Shown one piece after another: positions 42,127 through 53,103 of a DNA stretch of 64,000 bases. The notes under the pieces are model-generated. The model saw nothing but the letters and a program-made list of their open reading frames with translations, was not told where the DNA came from and ran no database searches. Source of the DNA: Candidatus Pelagibacter sp. Its GTDB lineage: Bacteria; Pseudomonadota; Alphaproteobacteria; Pelagibacterales; Pelagibacteraceae. The stretch covers positions 5,892 through 69,891 of the forward strand of contig JBJLDX010000020.1 in the NCBI GenBank assembly GCA_045566175.1, in the 5' to 3' direction. The position numbers were made by a program, and so were the translations under genes. Within the stretch, counting starts at the first letter, position 1, and every line of letters starts with the position of its first letter.

Positions 42127-42933
42127 ATGAGAATATTATTTTTAGGAGATGTTGTGGGAAATGTAGGTTGCTCAAAAATAATAAAAGATCTTTCTGATCA
42201 AATAAAAAAAAATAGAATTGATTTTGTAATAGTAAATGGTGAAAATGCAGACGAGTCAGGAGTAGGCTTAACCCAAAAAATATGTGAGAATTTTTTTAAA
42301 AGTGGTGTTGATGTCATTACAACTGGAAATCATGTATGGGATCAAAAAGATATAATGAATTTTATAGATAAAGAGAAAAGATTGCTTAGACCTAAAAATT
42401 TATTTGAACCTTCTCCAGGCAGTGGCTTTGGAATTTTTATGAATAAAAATAATTTTAAAATTGGCGTCCTTAATCTAATGGGAAATGTTTTTATGAAAAA
42501 ATGCAACGATGTTTTTGTAATCTCTAAAAAATTTATTGATGAGTATAAATTAAAAAAGGATTATGATTTTCTTATAGTTGATTTTCATGGAGAGATAACG
42601 AGTGAAAAAAATGCTATAGCTCATTTTTTTGATGGATGTGCAACTTTAGTAGTTGGAACACATACGCATATACCAACTAATGATGCAAGAGTTTTAAAAA
42701 ATGGAACTGCATATCAAACTGATGCTGGGATGTGTGGAGATTATGACTCAGTGATTGGTATGAATAAAGAAAATTCTTTGAATAGATTTATGAAGAAAGA
42801 CTCTGTTAAACATTTTCCTGCAAAAGGTGAGGCTAGTTTAAGTGGTGTAATAGTAGATTGTAACATAGAAACTGGATTAGCAAATAAAGTAGAAAGTTAT
42901 ATCTTTGGAGGTTTGTTAAATAGAAATAATTAA
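42127..42933 (+). CDS. ymdB: TIGR00282/YmdB metallophosphoesterase
   Basis: GDVVG, NGEN, TGNHVWD, DFHGEITSEK, GTHTH. Confidence 0.9.
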   Translation: MRILFLGDVVGNVGCSKIIKDLSDQIKKNRIDFVIVNGENADESGVGLTQKICENFFKSGVDVITTGNHVWDQKDIMNFIDKEKRLLRPKNLFEPSPGSGFGIFMNKNNFKIGVLNLMGNVFMKKCNDVFVISKKFIDEYKLKKDYDFLIVDFHGEITSEKNAIAHFFDGCATLVVGTHTHIPTNDARVLKNGTAYQTDAGMCGDYDSVIGMNKENSLNRFMKKDSVKHFPAKGEASLSGVIVDCNIETGLANKVESYIFGGLLNRNN

Positions 42934-42935
42934 TT

Positions 42936-43658
42936 ATGGCAGGACATTCACATTGGGCAGGAATAAAACACAAAAAAGGTAAAGCTGATAAACAGAGATC
43001 AAAAATTTTTTCAAAATTATCTAAAGAAATCACTGTTGCTGCAAAGTTGGGAGATAAAGACCCAGCAATGAACTCTAGATTAAGATCTGCAATTCAATCT
43101 GCAAGATCTGCTAATATGCCAAAAGATAATATTGAGAGAGCCATTGACAAGTCATCAGTGAATACAGAGATAAATTTTGAAAATTTGAGATATGAGGGTT
43201 TTGGTCCAGAAAAAGTAGCAGTAATAGTTGAGACATTAACTGACAATAAGAATAGAACAGCATCAAACATTAGAACTATTTTTCAAAAAGCAGGTGGTAG
43301 TCTAGGAACCTTAGGTTCCGCTTCCCATAATTTTAATCAGTTAGGTATAATTAAGGTTGATAAAAACGAAATTTCTGAGGAAGGTATTTTAGAACTAGCA
43401 ATTGAAGCTGGAGCAAATGAGTGTAAATCTGATAGTGATTTTCATGAAATTCACTGTTCAAAAAGTGAAATTTATAATATCAAAAAAGAATTGGAAAAAA
43501 AAATATCTAATTTTGTTTCAACAGAGATTGAGTGGATGCCACTAAACAGTATTAAAGTTTCTAAAGATAGGAATGAGGATTTAATTAACTTTTTTGAAAC
43601 ATTAGAAGAAGATGAGGATGTGCAAAATATTTATTCTAATGCTGAATTTGCAAAGTAG
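42936..43658 (+). CDS. yebC: YebC/PmpR family protein
   Basis: MAGHSHWAGIKHKK, NMPKDNIERAI, YEG.GP, TDNKNRT. Confidence 0.95.
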   Translation: MAGHSHWAGIKHKKGKADKQRSKIFSKLSKEITVAAKLGDKDPAMNSRLRSAIQSARSANMPKDNIERAIDKSSVNTEINFENLRYEGFGPEKVAVIVETLTDNKNRTASNIRTIFQKAGGSLGTLGSASHNFNQLGIIKVDKNEISEEGILELAIEAGANECKSDSDFHEIHCSKSEIYNIKKELEKKISNFVSTEIEWMPLNSIKVSKDRNEDLINFFETLEEDEDVQNIYSNAEFAK

Positions 43659-43661
43659 ACT

Positions 43662-44156
43662 ATGTTAATTATTGGTATAGACCCTGGAATATCTGGATCA
43701 ATTTGCTTTTTTGAAGATGGTAAAATTCTTGATGTTATTGATATGCCAACAATGACTGAAGGAAAAAAAAATAAAAAACAAGTAAATGGCTCACAAATTT
43801 ATAATGAAATATCAAAAAGAATAAAAAAAAATGAAAAACAAAACGTTAGAGTAATAATTGAACAAGTTTCAGCTATGCCAGGACAGGGTGTTACAAGTAT
43901 GTTTAACTTTGGTCAATCATTCGGTATATTGAAAGGTATGTGTTCAGCTATGCAATTATCAATGTATTTTGTTAGACCTGCGAAATGGAAAAAATATTTT
44001 AATCTCATAAATTCCGAGAAAGATGCAAGCAGAACAAGAGCAATAGAAATATTTCCTTATTTTTCCTCACAATTGTCTAAAAAAAAGGACTCAAATAAAG
44101 CTGATGCTATTTTAATTGCGAGTTTTTATTATGAAACTTATAAAATAGAGGACTAA
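43662..44156 (+). CDS. ruvC: RuvC-fold Holliday junction resolvase (MOC1/phage-like subtype)
   Basis: GIDPG, IEQV, FNFGQSFG, WKK, KDASR..A..IFP, ADAILIA; lies after yebC. Confidence 0.75.
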   Translation: MLIIGIDPGISGSICFFEDGKILDVIDMPTMTEGKKNKKQVNGSQIYNEISKRIKKNEKQNVRVIIEQVSAMPGQGVTSMFNFGQSFGILKGMCSAMQLSMYFVRPAKWKKYFNLINSEKDASRTRAIEIFPYFSSQLSKKKDSNKADAILIASFYYETYKIED

Positions 44157-44207
44157 TTCAAAAATATTAAGACAAATTCATGACACATTTAAGTGTGAGA
44201 AGAAATA

Positions 44208-44882
44208 ATGGAAGCTGATATTTCAACTCAAGCAGTCGGGCTTGCCTCAAGCGCAGATTTTTCATTAATGAATTTATTCATAAGAGCGGATATAGTAGTC
44301 AAATCAGTAATTATTCTTTTAATTGCTTGTTCTATATATTCTTGGGCAGTAATTATAGAGAAGTTTAGATTATTTAAAAAAATTGATAAATCTACAGAAG
44401 AGTTTGAAACAAAGTTTTGGAATTCTAAATCTGCAGAGTCTTTTTATAATAATCTACCAGCAAATACTGAAGACCCAATGGCATTAGTTTTTAAAGATGC
44501 AATGCAAAGTTTGTTAAAAAGAAAATCAAGATCAGATTTAAATAACAGAATGATAACAATGCTGGAAACTGGAATTGAAAAACAAATGTCTAAAATTAGT
44601 AAAGGTTTTACTTTTTTGGCAACAGTAGGTTCTACAGCGCCATTCATTGGGTTATTTGGAACTGTTTGGGGAATTATGAATTCATTCCAATCGATTGCAA
44701 TTTCAAGAAATACTAGTCTTGCAATAGTTGCACCTGGCATAGCAGAAGCTCTTTTTGCAACTGCTTTAGGTTTATTAGCAGCGATCCCAGCAGTAATTGC
44801 TTACAATAAGTTTAATAATGACTCAATAAAGTACTCTCAAAAATTAGAGAATTTTTCTAAAAGATTTTTAACAATAATTTAA
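44208..44882 (+). CDS. tolQ: TolQ
   Basis: APFIGLFGTVWGIMNSF, VAPGIAEALFATALGL. Confidence 0.93.
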   Translation: MEADISTQAVGLASSADFSLMNLFIRADIVVKSVIILLIACSIYSWAVIIEKFRLFKKIDKSTEEFETKFWNSKSAESFYNNLPANTEDPMALVFKDAMQSLLKRKSRSDLNNRMITMLETGIEKQMSKISKGFTFLATVGSTAPFIGLFGTVWGIMNSFQSIAISRNTSLAIVAPGIAEALFATALGLLAAIPAVIAYNKFNNDSIKYSQKLENFSKRFLTII

Positions 44883-44883
44883 A

Positions 44884-45300
44884 ATGGCCTTTAAATTAAA
44901 TCGTTCATCTAAAGAACCTATGAGTGAAATAAATGTTACACCATTTGTTGATGTAATGTTGGTACTTTTAATAATATTTATGGTAACTGCTCCATTGCTT
45001 ACAGTTGGGGTACAAGTTGATTTACCTGAAAGTTCTGCGGACTCTCTTCCAGAAGAGGTTGAACCTTTAACTTTATCTATTAATTCAAAGGGAGAAATCT
45101 TCATTCAAGAGTCAAAAGTAGAATATGAAAAAATTATTGCTAAAGTTTTGGCTGTTTCAAAAAATAGAACAGATACTAGAATTTATGTTAGAGGTGATAA
45201 AACAATAAATTATGGAAGAGTTTTAGAAATCATGGGCTTATTATCTGGTTCAGGATTTACTAAGGTAGCACTTATATCAGAACCATATAAAGAAAGGTAA
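44884..45300 (+). CDS. tolR: TolR
   Basis: EINVTPFVDVMLVLLIIFMVTAP. Confidence 0.93.
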   Translation: MAFKLNRSSKEPMSEINVTPFVDVMLVLLIIFMVTAPLLTVGVQVDLPESSADSLPEEVEPLTLSINSKGEIFIQESKVEYEKIIAKVLAVSKNRTDTRIYVRGDKTINYGRVLEIMGLLSGSGFTKVALISEPYKER

Positions 45301-45305
45301 TAAGT

Positions 45306-46115
45306 GTGAATAGAAGCATACTAATCTCTTCTGTTTTGCATCTTATATTGATTATGATTACAGCTATGAGTTTGCCATTTTTGGCAAAAAAACCAATAGA
45401 CCTTCCACCAATTGTATCTGTAGAATTAATTCAAATTACGGATAAAACAAATATTCCTTTTGCTCCTAAAGCAAAAAAAATTATTGAAAAGATAAAGGAA
45501 AAAGAAAAGAAGCTTGTTTCCGAACAAGCCCCTCCAAAAAAAGTTAAAAAAATTAAGCCAGACTCAGTACCCATGCCTGAAGATGAATTAGATAAAGTTG
45601 AAAAAATAAAAGAAGATAAACAAAATCCTGAAAAGATTGATAATGAAGTAAAACAAGTATCAGAATTTGAAAAAGAAGAGTTATTTGATCCAAACAACAT
45701 TGCAGCTTTAATTGATAAATCTAAAATAGAGACAGCTGAAACTACCAATAAAACTGATAAAGTAACACAAGATCAACAGAAGAATCTAGACAATGTTGGA
45801 TTGTCATTGAGTGAAGAGGATGCTCTGAAAGCTCAAATATTTGGATGTTGGAGTATTCCTTTGGGTTTACCATATAATGAAAACCTATTAGTAAGAATAA
45901 AATTAAGATTAAACCCAGATGGCACAGTATCTCAATCAGAAATATTAGATCACGCAAGAATGAATAAACCTGGCCAGGGATTTTACAAAGTTCTTGCAGA
46001 AAGTGCGCTAAGAGCAGTAAAATTATGCCAGCCATTAAGAGTACCTACTACGGGCTATGAAAGATGGAAAGAATTACAATTAAATTTTGATGCAAGAGAA
46101 ATGCTAGAAGGGTAA
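45306..46115 (+). CDS. tolA: TolA
   Basis: N-terminal SxxLH TM anchor, charged linker, C-terminal CW..P / AESA.RA domain; operon position. Confidence 0.8.
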   Translation: MNRSILISSVLHLILIMITAMSLPFLAKKPIDLPPIVSVELIQITDKTNIPFAPKAKKIIEKIKEKEKKLVSEQAPPKKVKKIKPDSVPMPEDELDKVEKIKEDKQNPEKIDNEVKQVSEFEKEELFDPNNIAALIDKSKIETAETTNKTDKVTQDQQKNLDNVGLSLSEEDALKAQIFGCWSIPLGLPYNENLLVRIKLRLNPDGTVSQSEILDHARMNKPGQGFYKVLAESALRAVKLCQPLRVPTTGYERWKELQLNFDAREMLEG

Positions 46116-46124
46116 TATAGATTT

Positions 46125-47465
46125 ATGATTAGAATTATACTTATAATATTATTTGTTTTTTCCCCTTTAAAAACTTTTGCTTTAATTGAAGTCGATATAA
46201 CCAGAGGAAATTTGAATCCATTACCTGTTGCAGTTTCCCCATTATCAATTGATGATAATTCAAGACAAAATTTTGAAAAAATTTTAAAAAAAAAGAATAT
46301 AGGATCAGAAATTTCATCTGTTGTTGAAAAAAACCTAAAAGCATCTGGTTTATTTAATCCTTTGAACAAAGATGCTTTTCTTCAAGCTCCTGACATAGCT
46401 AATTTAAAACCAAGGTTTGAAGACTGGAATCTAATTAAAGCTCAAGCTTTAATTACTGGTAAAGTAAATTTTGTAAATGAAAAATTAAGAGTCGAATTTA
46501 GATTGTGGGATGTACTGGCTGGGAAAGAAATGATGGCTTTAGCTTTTACTACTGTACCAGATAACTGGAGAAGAGTTGGTCATATAATTACAGATAAAGT
46601 TTATGAAAGATTAACTGGAGAAAAAGGTTACTTTGATACAAGAATTATTTATGTTGCTGAGGAAGGTCCAAAAACAAGAAGAATAAAAAAATTAGCGATA
46701 ATGGATCAAGATGGAGCTAATAATAAATTTTTAACTTTAGGTAATGAACTAGTTTTAACTCCAAGATTTAACCCAACAAGTCAGATGGTAACTTATTTAT
46801 CATATTTTAGAAATTTACCACGAGTATATCTTTTAGATATCGAGACGGGTATGCAAGAAGTAGTTGGTGATTTCCCTGGAATGACATTTGCACCAAGGTT
46901 TTCTCCTGATGGAAAAAAAATAATAATGAGTTTTGCTAAAGATGGAAATTCGGATATTTACACAATGGATTTAGAAAACAGAATAGTTGAGAAAATTACT
47001 AACCATCCATCAATTGATACCTCTCCGTCCTATTCTCCTGATGGAAAACTTATTTGTTTTAATTCTGACAGAAGTGGATATCAACAAATATATGTAATGA
47101 AAAGTGATGGTAGTAATGTCAAAAGAATTTCTTTTGGTAAAGGTCTTTATGGAACGCCAGTATGGTCTCCTAGAGGCGATTTAATAGCATTCACAAAGCT
47201 GCATAAGGGAAAATTTTATATCGGTGTCATGAGGACTGATGGAAGTGGCGAAAGATTGTTAACTGAAAACTTTTATCAAGAAGCACCCTCATGGTCTCCT
47301 AACGGAAGAGTTTTAATTTTTTATAGGGAGACAGAAACTAATGATAAAGGAGAGGGGTTTTCTGCAAAATTATGGTCTATTGATTTGACAGGCTATAATG
47401 AGCGTATGATTAAGACCCCTACCGATGCATCAGACCCATCATGGTCATCTTTATTAAGTAATTAA
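46125..47465 (+). CDS. tolB: TolB
   Basis: [16 protein letters not shown], repeated P.(W/F/Y)SPDG beta-propeller units. Confidence 0.95.
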   Translation: MIRIILIILFVFSPLKTFALIEVDITRGNLNPLPVAVSPLSIDDNSRQNFEKILKKKNIGSEISSVVEKNLKASGLFNPLNKDAFLQAPDIANLKPRFEDWNLIKAQALITGKVNFVNEKLRVEFRLWDVLAGKEMMALAFTTVPDNWRRVGHIITDKVYERLTGEKGYFDTRIIYVAEEGPKTRRIKKLAIMDQDGANNKFLTLGNELVLTPRFNPTSQMVTYLSYFRNLPRVYLLDIETGMQEVVGDFPGMTFAPRFSPDGKKIIMSFAKDGNSDIYTMDLENRIVEKITNHPSIDTSPSYSPDGKLICFNSDRSGYQQIYVMKSDGSNVKRISFGKGLYGTPVWSPRGDLIAFTKLHKGKFYIGVMRTDGSGERLLTENFYQEAPSWSPNGRVLIFYRETETNDKGEGFSAKLWSIDLTGYNERMIKTPTDASDPSWSSLLSN

Positions 47466-47550
47466 ACAATATTATCTTGATTTTTTAACTTGAAACATCT
47501 AATTAGTTGTGAAAATGTTAAGAATTAGAAATATTGATCAAGGAGCAATA

Positions 47551-48030
47551 ATGAAATTAAACAAAATTCTAAAAAATGCTTTTCTAGTTATTTTAGCTAG
47601 CATTGCGTTGTCTGCATGTGCTGTATCAAAAAAAAGCACAGGACAGATGCAAGGTGATGTTTATACTGGGACAGATACTGTTGAGTATTTAGCCTCAGGT
47701 GTAAAAGACAGGGTTTTCTTTGCGACAAATGAGTCAGTTTTAACTACTTCAGCTAGAGAAACTCTAAGAAAACAGGCAGCATGGTTAAGAAAAAATTCTA
47801 AAATTACAATTGTTTTAGAAGGACATGCTGATGAAAGAGGAACTAGAGAATACAACTTGGCACTAGGCGAAAGAAGAGCTAATGCTGCTAAAGATTACTT
47901 AATGACTTATGGAATTTCTTCAGACAGAATTTCAGTTTTAAGTTATGGTAAAGAAAGACCAGTTGACTCAGGATCTAATCCATTAGCTTGGTCAAAAAAC
48001 AGAAGATCAGTTACTGTAAAAGCTAACTAA
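47551..48030 (+). CDS. pal: Peptidoglycan-associated lipoprotein Pal
   Basis: AGGAG RBS then ATG at 47551; lipobox LSAC; EGHADERGTREYNLALGERRA. Confidence 0.95.
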   Translation: MKLNKILKNAFLVILASIALSACAVSKKSTGQMQGDVYTGTDTVEYLASGVKDRVFFATNESVLTTSARETLRKQAAWLRKNSKITIVLEGHADERGTREYNLALGERRANAAKDYLMTYGISSDRISVLSYGKERPVDSGSNPLAWSKNRRSVTVKAN

Positions 48031-48046
48031 TTTTTAAAAAAAATTT

Positions 48047-48085
48047 AAAGACCCTTAATTATTATTAATTAAGGGTCTTTTTTTT
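48047..48085 (+). terminator. Rho-independent terminator after pal
   Basis: AAAGACCCTTAATT-loop-AATTAAGGGTCTTT perfect stem followed by a T run. Confidence 0.85.
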
Positions 48086-48112
48086 GCCATTATTTTAATC
48101 ATAAAATCAGTT

Positions 48113-49105
48113 ATGAAACTCTTATCAAAGATTATTATTAATTTTTTTTTAATTATAAATTTTTTTACTTACAATTACTCTTTAGCAGATAATCATAATT
48201 ATTATGAAATTATAGAACAACTTCAAAAAGATATTAAAACTTTAGAAAAAGCAGTTTATTCAGGTTCAGATCAATTAAATAGTCAAGTTGGAAATAGTTC
48301 AAATTTTGACTCTAACAATAACTCAGAGGATGTTTTGACCAGGCATTTATTAAAGCTCTCTGAAATTGAAAATCAATTTCAGGAACTTACAAATAAATTT
48401 GAAGAAATAAATTTTAAATTAGACAAACTATCAAATAGATTATCAAAAGTTCAAGCAGATAATCAAATAAGATTTCAAGATTTAGAAAATTCATCATCTA
48501 CAGATGGAACAAATAAAGTAACATCTAAAAAAACTAAAAGAAGTGATGATGAAATTCTACCTGGCAGTTCTCAGCCTCAAGACTTAGGGTCAATTTCATA
48601 CAAAGATACTTCAACTGGTGAAACCTCACAACAAACACAATCAATTGATACAACAGCCACTATAGTTACTGAAACTTTTCAAGCAGAAGAAACAATTCTC
48701 CCAAAGGAATCTCCTGAAAAACAATATGAATTTGCAACAAGTTTTTTAAAGGTTGGGGATTATTCAACAGCTGAAAGAGCGTTTAGAGAGTTTGTAATTG
48801 CAAACCCTGAGCACGATTTAGCTGGTAATGCACAATATTGGTACGCTGAAACTTTTAGAATAAGACAACTTTATACTGATGCTGCTTCAGCTTATTTAGA
48901 AGGTTACCAAAAATATCCCAAGGGTGAAAAAGCTCCTATAAATTTATTAAAGCTTGGTGTATCCATGGTTCAGATTGGAGAAAAAGATCAAGGTTGTAAA
49001 ATGATTAATGGTGTTGAGAAACAATATCCAAAAGCAAATCAATCTGTGATTCAAAAAGCTAAATATGAGTCTCAAAAATTTGAGTGCAAAAATCAAAATT
49101 CCTAA
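48113..49105 (+). CDS. cpoB: Tol-Pal associated TPR protein CpoB/YbgF
   Basis: Signal peptide, coiled coil, TPR NAQYWYAE, KAP..LLKLG. Confidence 0.85.
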   Translation: MKLLSKIIINFFLIINFFTYNYSLADNHNYYEIIEQLQKDIKTLEKAVYSGSDQLNSQVGNSSNFDSNNNSEDVLTRHLLKLSEIENQFQELTNKFEEINFKLDKLSNRLSKVQADNQIRFQDLENSSSTDGTNKVTSKKTKRSDDEILPGSSQPQDLGSISYKDTSTGETSQQTQSIDTTATIVTETFQAEETILPKESPEKQYEFATSFLKVGDYSTAERAFREFVIANPEHDLAGNAQYWYAETFRIRQLYTDAASAYLEGYQKYPKGEKAPINLLKLGVSMVQIGEKDQGCKMINGVEKQYPKANQSVIQKAKYESQKFECKNQNS

Positions 49106-50093
49106 ACTTTTAAAAGATAAATTTAATAATAAAAAAATTATTGAAATTTATAATAAATTTGAAAAATCACTAAATATTAATGAAAATTTTGTAGTTGCAG
49201 TATCAGGCGGCCCAGATAGTCTGGCTTTAGCATTTTTAGCAAAAATTTACTCAATTAAAAAAAAATTATCTGCAAGATTTATTATTGTTGATCATAGACT
49301 TAGACCAGAATCAACAAAAGAAGCAAAAAATGTAAAAAGTATTCTAAGTAAAAATAAGATTTTTTCAGAGATTTTAACCTGGAAGGGAAAAAAACCAAAA
49401 AAAAATATTCAACATAAAGCAAGAAGCAAAAGATATGAGTTACTTTTTAAAAGATGTGATGAATTAAAGATTAATAATATTCTACTAGGTCATCATCGAG
49501 AAGATCTAATTGAAAATTTTTTTATAAGAATGTTGAGAGGAAGTGGATTAAAAGGTCTAATTTCATTGAACAAAAAAACACTTATCAATAAAAAAAATTT
49601 ATTTAGACCTTTGTTAGATCAAAAAAAAAATGATCTGACTTTTCTTTCAAAAAATGTATTTAATTTTTATGTTAAAGATCCAACAAATGAGGACGATATA
49701 TATCAAAGAATTAGAGTAAGGAAATTGATAAAAGAATTAAAAAAAGATGGTTTAGATGAAAATAAAATTTTTCAAACATTAAAGAATTTGAAACACTCAA
49801 ATGAAGTTATTAACTTTCATGTAAAAGAAAGTTTGAGCAAAAATACTTTTTTTTCAAAAAAAAATAGAAAGCTTGTAGTAAATGAGAATTTTTTTAAACA
49901 GCCTTATGAGATAATTTTTAGATCTCTTTCAGAATCACTAAGACTTATTGGAGGAAAATATTATTCAGTCAGAGGAAAAAAATTAGATAGAGTTATAAGA
50001 GATTATGAGAAAAGGCATTTTTTTAGAGTTACTTTGGGTGGCTGCATCATTGAAAAGGTTAATCAAACGGTAATAATATCTAAAGAGCTTTAA
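49065..50093 (+). CDS. tilS: tRNA(Ile)-lysidine synthetase
   Basis: AVSGGPDS, VDHRLR, GHH.ED..E, RPLL, DPTN. Confidence 0.92.
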   Translation: MSLKNLSAKIKIPKLLKDKFNNKKIIEIYNKFEKSLNINENFVVAVSGGPDSLALAFLAKIYSIKKKLSARFIIVDHRLRPESTKEAKNVKSILSKNKIFSEILTWKGKKPKKNIQHKARSKRYELLFKRCDELKINNILLGHHREDLIENFFIRMLRGSGLKGLISLNKKTLINKKNLFRPLLDQKKNDLTFLSKNVFNFYVKDPTNEDDIYQRIRVRKLIKELKKDGLDENKIFQTLKNLKHSNEVINFHVKESLSKNTFFSKKNRKLVVNENFFKQPYEIIFRSLSESLRLIGGKYYSVRGKKLDRVIRDYEKRHFFRVTLGGCIIEKVNQTVIISKEL

Positions 50094-50121
50094 AATAAGT
50101 ACACTTTATACTAATTTGTCA

Positions 50122-50149
50122 CTTGTTTAATTTATAATAATTCTTATTT
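50122..50149 (+). promoter_or_regulatory. Putative RpoH (sigma32) promoter of ftsH
   Basis: CTTG-N17-CTTATTT resembles the alphaproteobacterial heat-shock consensus CTTG-N17/18-CYTATNT; ends 7 nt before the ATG. Confidence 0.45.
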
Positions 50150-50156
50150 TATAATT

Positions 50157-52046
50157 ATGAATATAAAAAATATAGCCATGTGGGCAATAATAGTTTTTTT
50201 AACTATTGGGCTTTATAATATGTTTAAGAATCCTCAGGCAAACATAAGAGGAGGAAACCAAGTTATATTTTCGGAATTTTTGACTTCAGTTGATAATGGA
50301 GAAGTTTTAAAGGTAGAAATACAAGGCAATAATATAAAAGGTGTTTATTCTAATGGTAATAGTTTTACAACTTATTCTCCTAACGATCCAAACTTAATAG
50401 AGAAACTTTCTGACAAGGGTGTAAGTATTTCCGCTGCTCCAATTGAGGAAAAAATGCCATCACTATTTGGTGTTTTACTTTCTTGGTTCCCTATGTTGTT
50501 GTTAATTGCAGTTTGGATATTTTTTATGAGACAAATGCAAGGAGGCAAAGGTGGAGCAATGGGCTTTGGTAGATCAAAAGCTAAAATGATGAACGAGCTT
50601 AAAGGAAAAGTTACATTCAATGATGTTGCGGGTGTTGAAGAAGCTAAGGAAGAAGTGGAAGAGATTGTTGAGTTTTTAAAAGATCCTAAAAAATTTAGTA
50701 GACTTGGGGGAAAAATTCCAAGAGGAGCTCTACTTGTGGGACCTCCAGGTACAGGAAAAACTTTACTTGCAAGAGCTATTGCCGGAGAAGCACAAGTTCC
50801 ATTTTTTACAATTTCAGGTTCAGATTTTGTTGAGATGTTTGTAGGCGTTGGAGCCTCTAGAGTTAGAGATATGTTTGAACAAGGTAAAAAAAATTCTCCC
50901 TGCATAATTTTTATTGATGAAATAGATGCAGTTGGAAGAAGTAGAGGTGCTGGTTTGGGAGGAGGAAATGATGAAAGAGAACAGACATTGAACCAGCTTT
51001 TAGTTGAGATGGATGGTTTTGATACTAATGAAGGAGTTATAATTATCGCGGCAACTAATAGACCTGATGTGCTTGATCCTGCATTGTTGAGACCTGGAAG
51101 ATTTGACAGACAGGTAGTAGTATCCAATCCAGATATAATCGGTAGAGAGAAGATTTTAAAAGTTCATGTTAAAAAAATTAAGATGGCACCAGATGTTAAT
51201 TTAAGAATAATTGCAAGAGGAACTCCAGGATTTTCAGGAGCTGATCTCGCAAACTTAGTAAATGAGGCTGCTTTATTAGCTGCAAGAAAAAATAAAAGAA
51301 TAGTTACTCTTAATGAGTTCGAGGAAGCCAAGGATAAAGTAATGATGGGTTCTGAAAGAAGATCAATGGTTATGACAGAAGAAGAAAAAACTTTAACTGC
51401 TTATCATGAAGCTGGACACGCTATTGTAACAATAAATGAAAATGCTGCTTACCCAATTCATAAAGCAACTATTATTCCAAGAGGTAGAGCTCTAGGAATG
51501 GTAATGCAACTTCCTGAAAGAGATGAGCTATCCCAAACAAGAGAACAACTACATGCGCAGTTAGCAATAGCAATGGGTGGAAGAGTTGCTGAAGAAATAA
51601 TTTTTGGAGAGGATAAAGTTACGACTGGAGCAGCTAGTGACATTGAACAAGCAACAAAAAGGGCCAGAGCAATGGTTATGAGAGCTGGTTTAAGTAAAGA
51701 ATTAGGTCCAGTGGCTTATGGGGAAAATGAAGAAGAGGTATTCTTAGGTAGATCAGTTGCTAGACAACAAAATATGTCCGAGGAGACAGCCAGAAAAGTT
51801 GATTCTGAAATTAGAAAAATAGTAGATAAGGGCTATGAAAGAGCAAGAAAAGTTTTAACTGAAAAGATTGATGATTTGCATAAGCTAGCTAAAGCTTTAC
51901 TAACATATGAGACTTTATCAGGTGAAGAAATAGAGAATTTAATTAATAAAAATATTTATCCTGCAGATAAACAAGATCTAAAAGTTGAGGATGACAAAGG
52001 TTCAGCCCTTAGTGCATTGGGTCTTAAACCAAAAATTGTTCATTAA
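50157..52046 (+). CDS. ftsH: ATP-dependent Zn metalloprotease FtsH
   Basis: Two [22 protein letters not shown]. Confidence 0.97.
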   Translation: MNIKNIAMWAIIVFLTIGLYNMFKNPQANIRGGNQVIFSEFLTSVDNGEVLKVEIQGNNIKGVYSNGNSFTTYSPNDPNLIEKLSDKGVSISAAPIEEKMPSLFGVLLSWFPMLLLIAVWIFFMRQMQGGKGGAMGFGRSKAKMMNELKGKVTFNDVAGVEEAKEEVEEIVEFLKDPKKFSRLGGKIPRGALLVGPPGTGKTLLARAIAGEAQVPFFTISGSDFVEMFVGVGASRVRDMFEQGKKNSPCIIFIDEIDAVGRSRGAGLGGGNDEREQTLNQLLVEMDGFDTNEGVIIIAATNRPDVLDPALLRPGRFDRQVVVSNPDIIGREKILKVHVKKIKMAPDVNLRIIARGTPGFSGADLANLVNEAALLAARKNKRIVTLNEFEEAKDKVMMGSERRSMVMTEEEKTLTAYHEAGHAIVTINENAAYPIHKATIIPRGRALGMVMQLPERDELSQTREQLHAQLAIAMGGRVAEEIIFGEDKVTTGAASDIEQATKRARAMVMRAGLSKELGPVAYGENEEEVFLGRSVARQQNMSEETARKVDSEIRKIVDKGYERARKVLTEKIDDLHKLAKALLTYETLSGEEIENLINKNIYPADKQDLKVEDDKGSALSALGLKPKIVH

Positions 52047-52052
52047 TTTTGG

Positions 52053-53102
52053 ATGATAAGATATTACACAAGAGCGTGTAATTTTTATTTTGGGCGAGTT
52101 TCAATAGACAAGGTCAGAAAAAAATTATCTTTACCTTTACATGGAAATAAACTGATTTCTTTTGATACAATTGAAATTTTTTCAAGAAAAAACATCAAAA
52201 GAGTAAACATAAAACAAATTAGCAAGCTAAAAGGTTCTGTTAAAAAAAAAGTTTTATTTGATTTAAAACAAATTTCAAAAAAAAAATTTTTCAAAGGGTT
52301 AAAATTTTCAAACTTACCAATTTTGATGGGAGTTTTAAATTTAACACCAAATAGTTTTTCTGATGGTGGAAGATATCTTAAAAAGGACTTGGGTATAAAA
52401 CATGCTAAAAAATTAATAAAAGATGGATGTGGTATTTTAGATATTGGTGGAGAAGCTACAAATCCAGGATCTAAAAAAATTAAAGAGGATGTTGAGTGGA
52501 AAAGAATTATTCCAACTTTATCAAAAATTAAAAAATTAAGAAAATTTGTTTCACTAGACACAAGAAAAAGTTTTATAATGAAAAAAGGTATTCAATTTAA
52601 AATTAATTTAATAAACGATGTTTCAGGACTTGAATACGATTCTCATACGATTAATCTTTTAAAACAAACAAAAATTCCATTTGTGATTCATCATATGCAA
52701 GGAAATCCACAAACCATGCAAAAAAATCCAAAATATAATAATGTTGTGTTAGATATTTATGATTTTTTTGAGAAAAAGATTAAATATATAAGATCAAAAG
52801 GTATTAAACATAATAATATAATTCTAGATCCTGGTATTGGTTTTGGTAAAAACTTGAAACATAATATTACCTTACTAAGAAACATTTCTATTTTTCACTC
52901 ACTTGGTTTTCCTGTAATGTTAGGCACTTCAAGAAAAAGATTCATAAAAAATATATCTGGAGTGAATGATAGCAAAGAACGTTTAGGAGGAACTATATCA
53001 TCTAGTTTATTGGCAGTTATGCAAGGTATTCAAATTTTAAGAGTTCATGATGTTAACGAAGTAAATCAGAGTATTAAGGTTTTTAATTTTCTAAAATTTT
53101 AA
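52053..53102 (+). CDS. folP: Dihydropteroate synthase with N-terminal extension
   Basis: MGVLNLTPNSFSDGG, INDVSG, DPGIGFGK, SRKRF, RVHDV. Confidence 0.92.
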   Translation: MIRYYTRACNFYFGRVSIDKVRKKLSLPLHGNKLISFDTIEIFSRKNIKRVNIKQISKLKGSVKKKVLFDLKQISKKKFFKGLKFSNLPILMGVLNLTPNSFSDGGRYLKKDLGIKHAKKLIKDGCGILDIGGEATNPGSKKIKEDVEWKRIIPTLSKIKKLRKFVSLDTRKSFIMKKGIQFKINLINDVSGLEYDSHTINLLKQTKIPFVIHHMQGNPQTMQKNPKYNNVVLDIYDFFEKKIKYIRSKGIKHNNIILDPGIGFGKNLKHNITLLRNISIFHSLGFPVMLGTSRKRFIKNISGVNDSKERLGGTISSSLLAVMQGIQILRVHDVNEVNQSIKVFNFLKF

Positions 53103-53103
53103 G

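Noticed and set aside
50372-51127. 251-aa minus-strand ORF, and similar short antisense ORFs inside pntB, gap, pgk, tolQ, tolA, folP, glmM, purA and dxs
   Set aside because: Shadow frames of conserved genes with no motifs of their own
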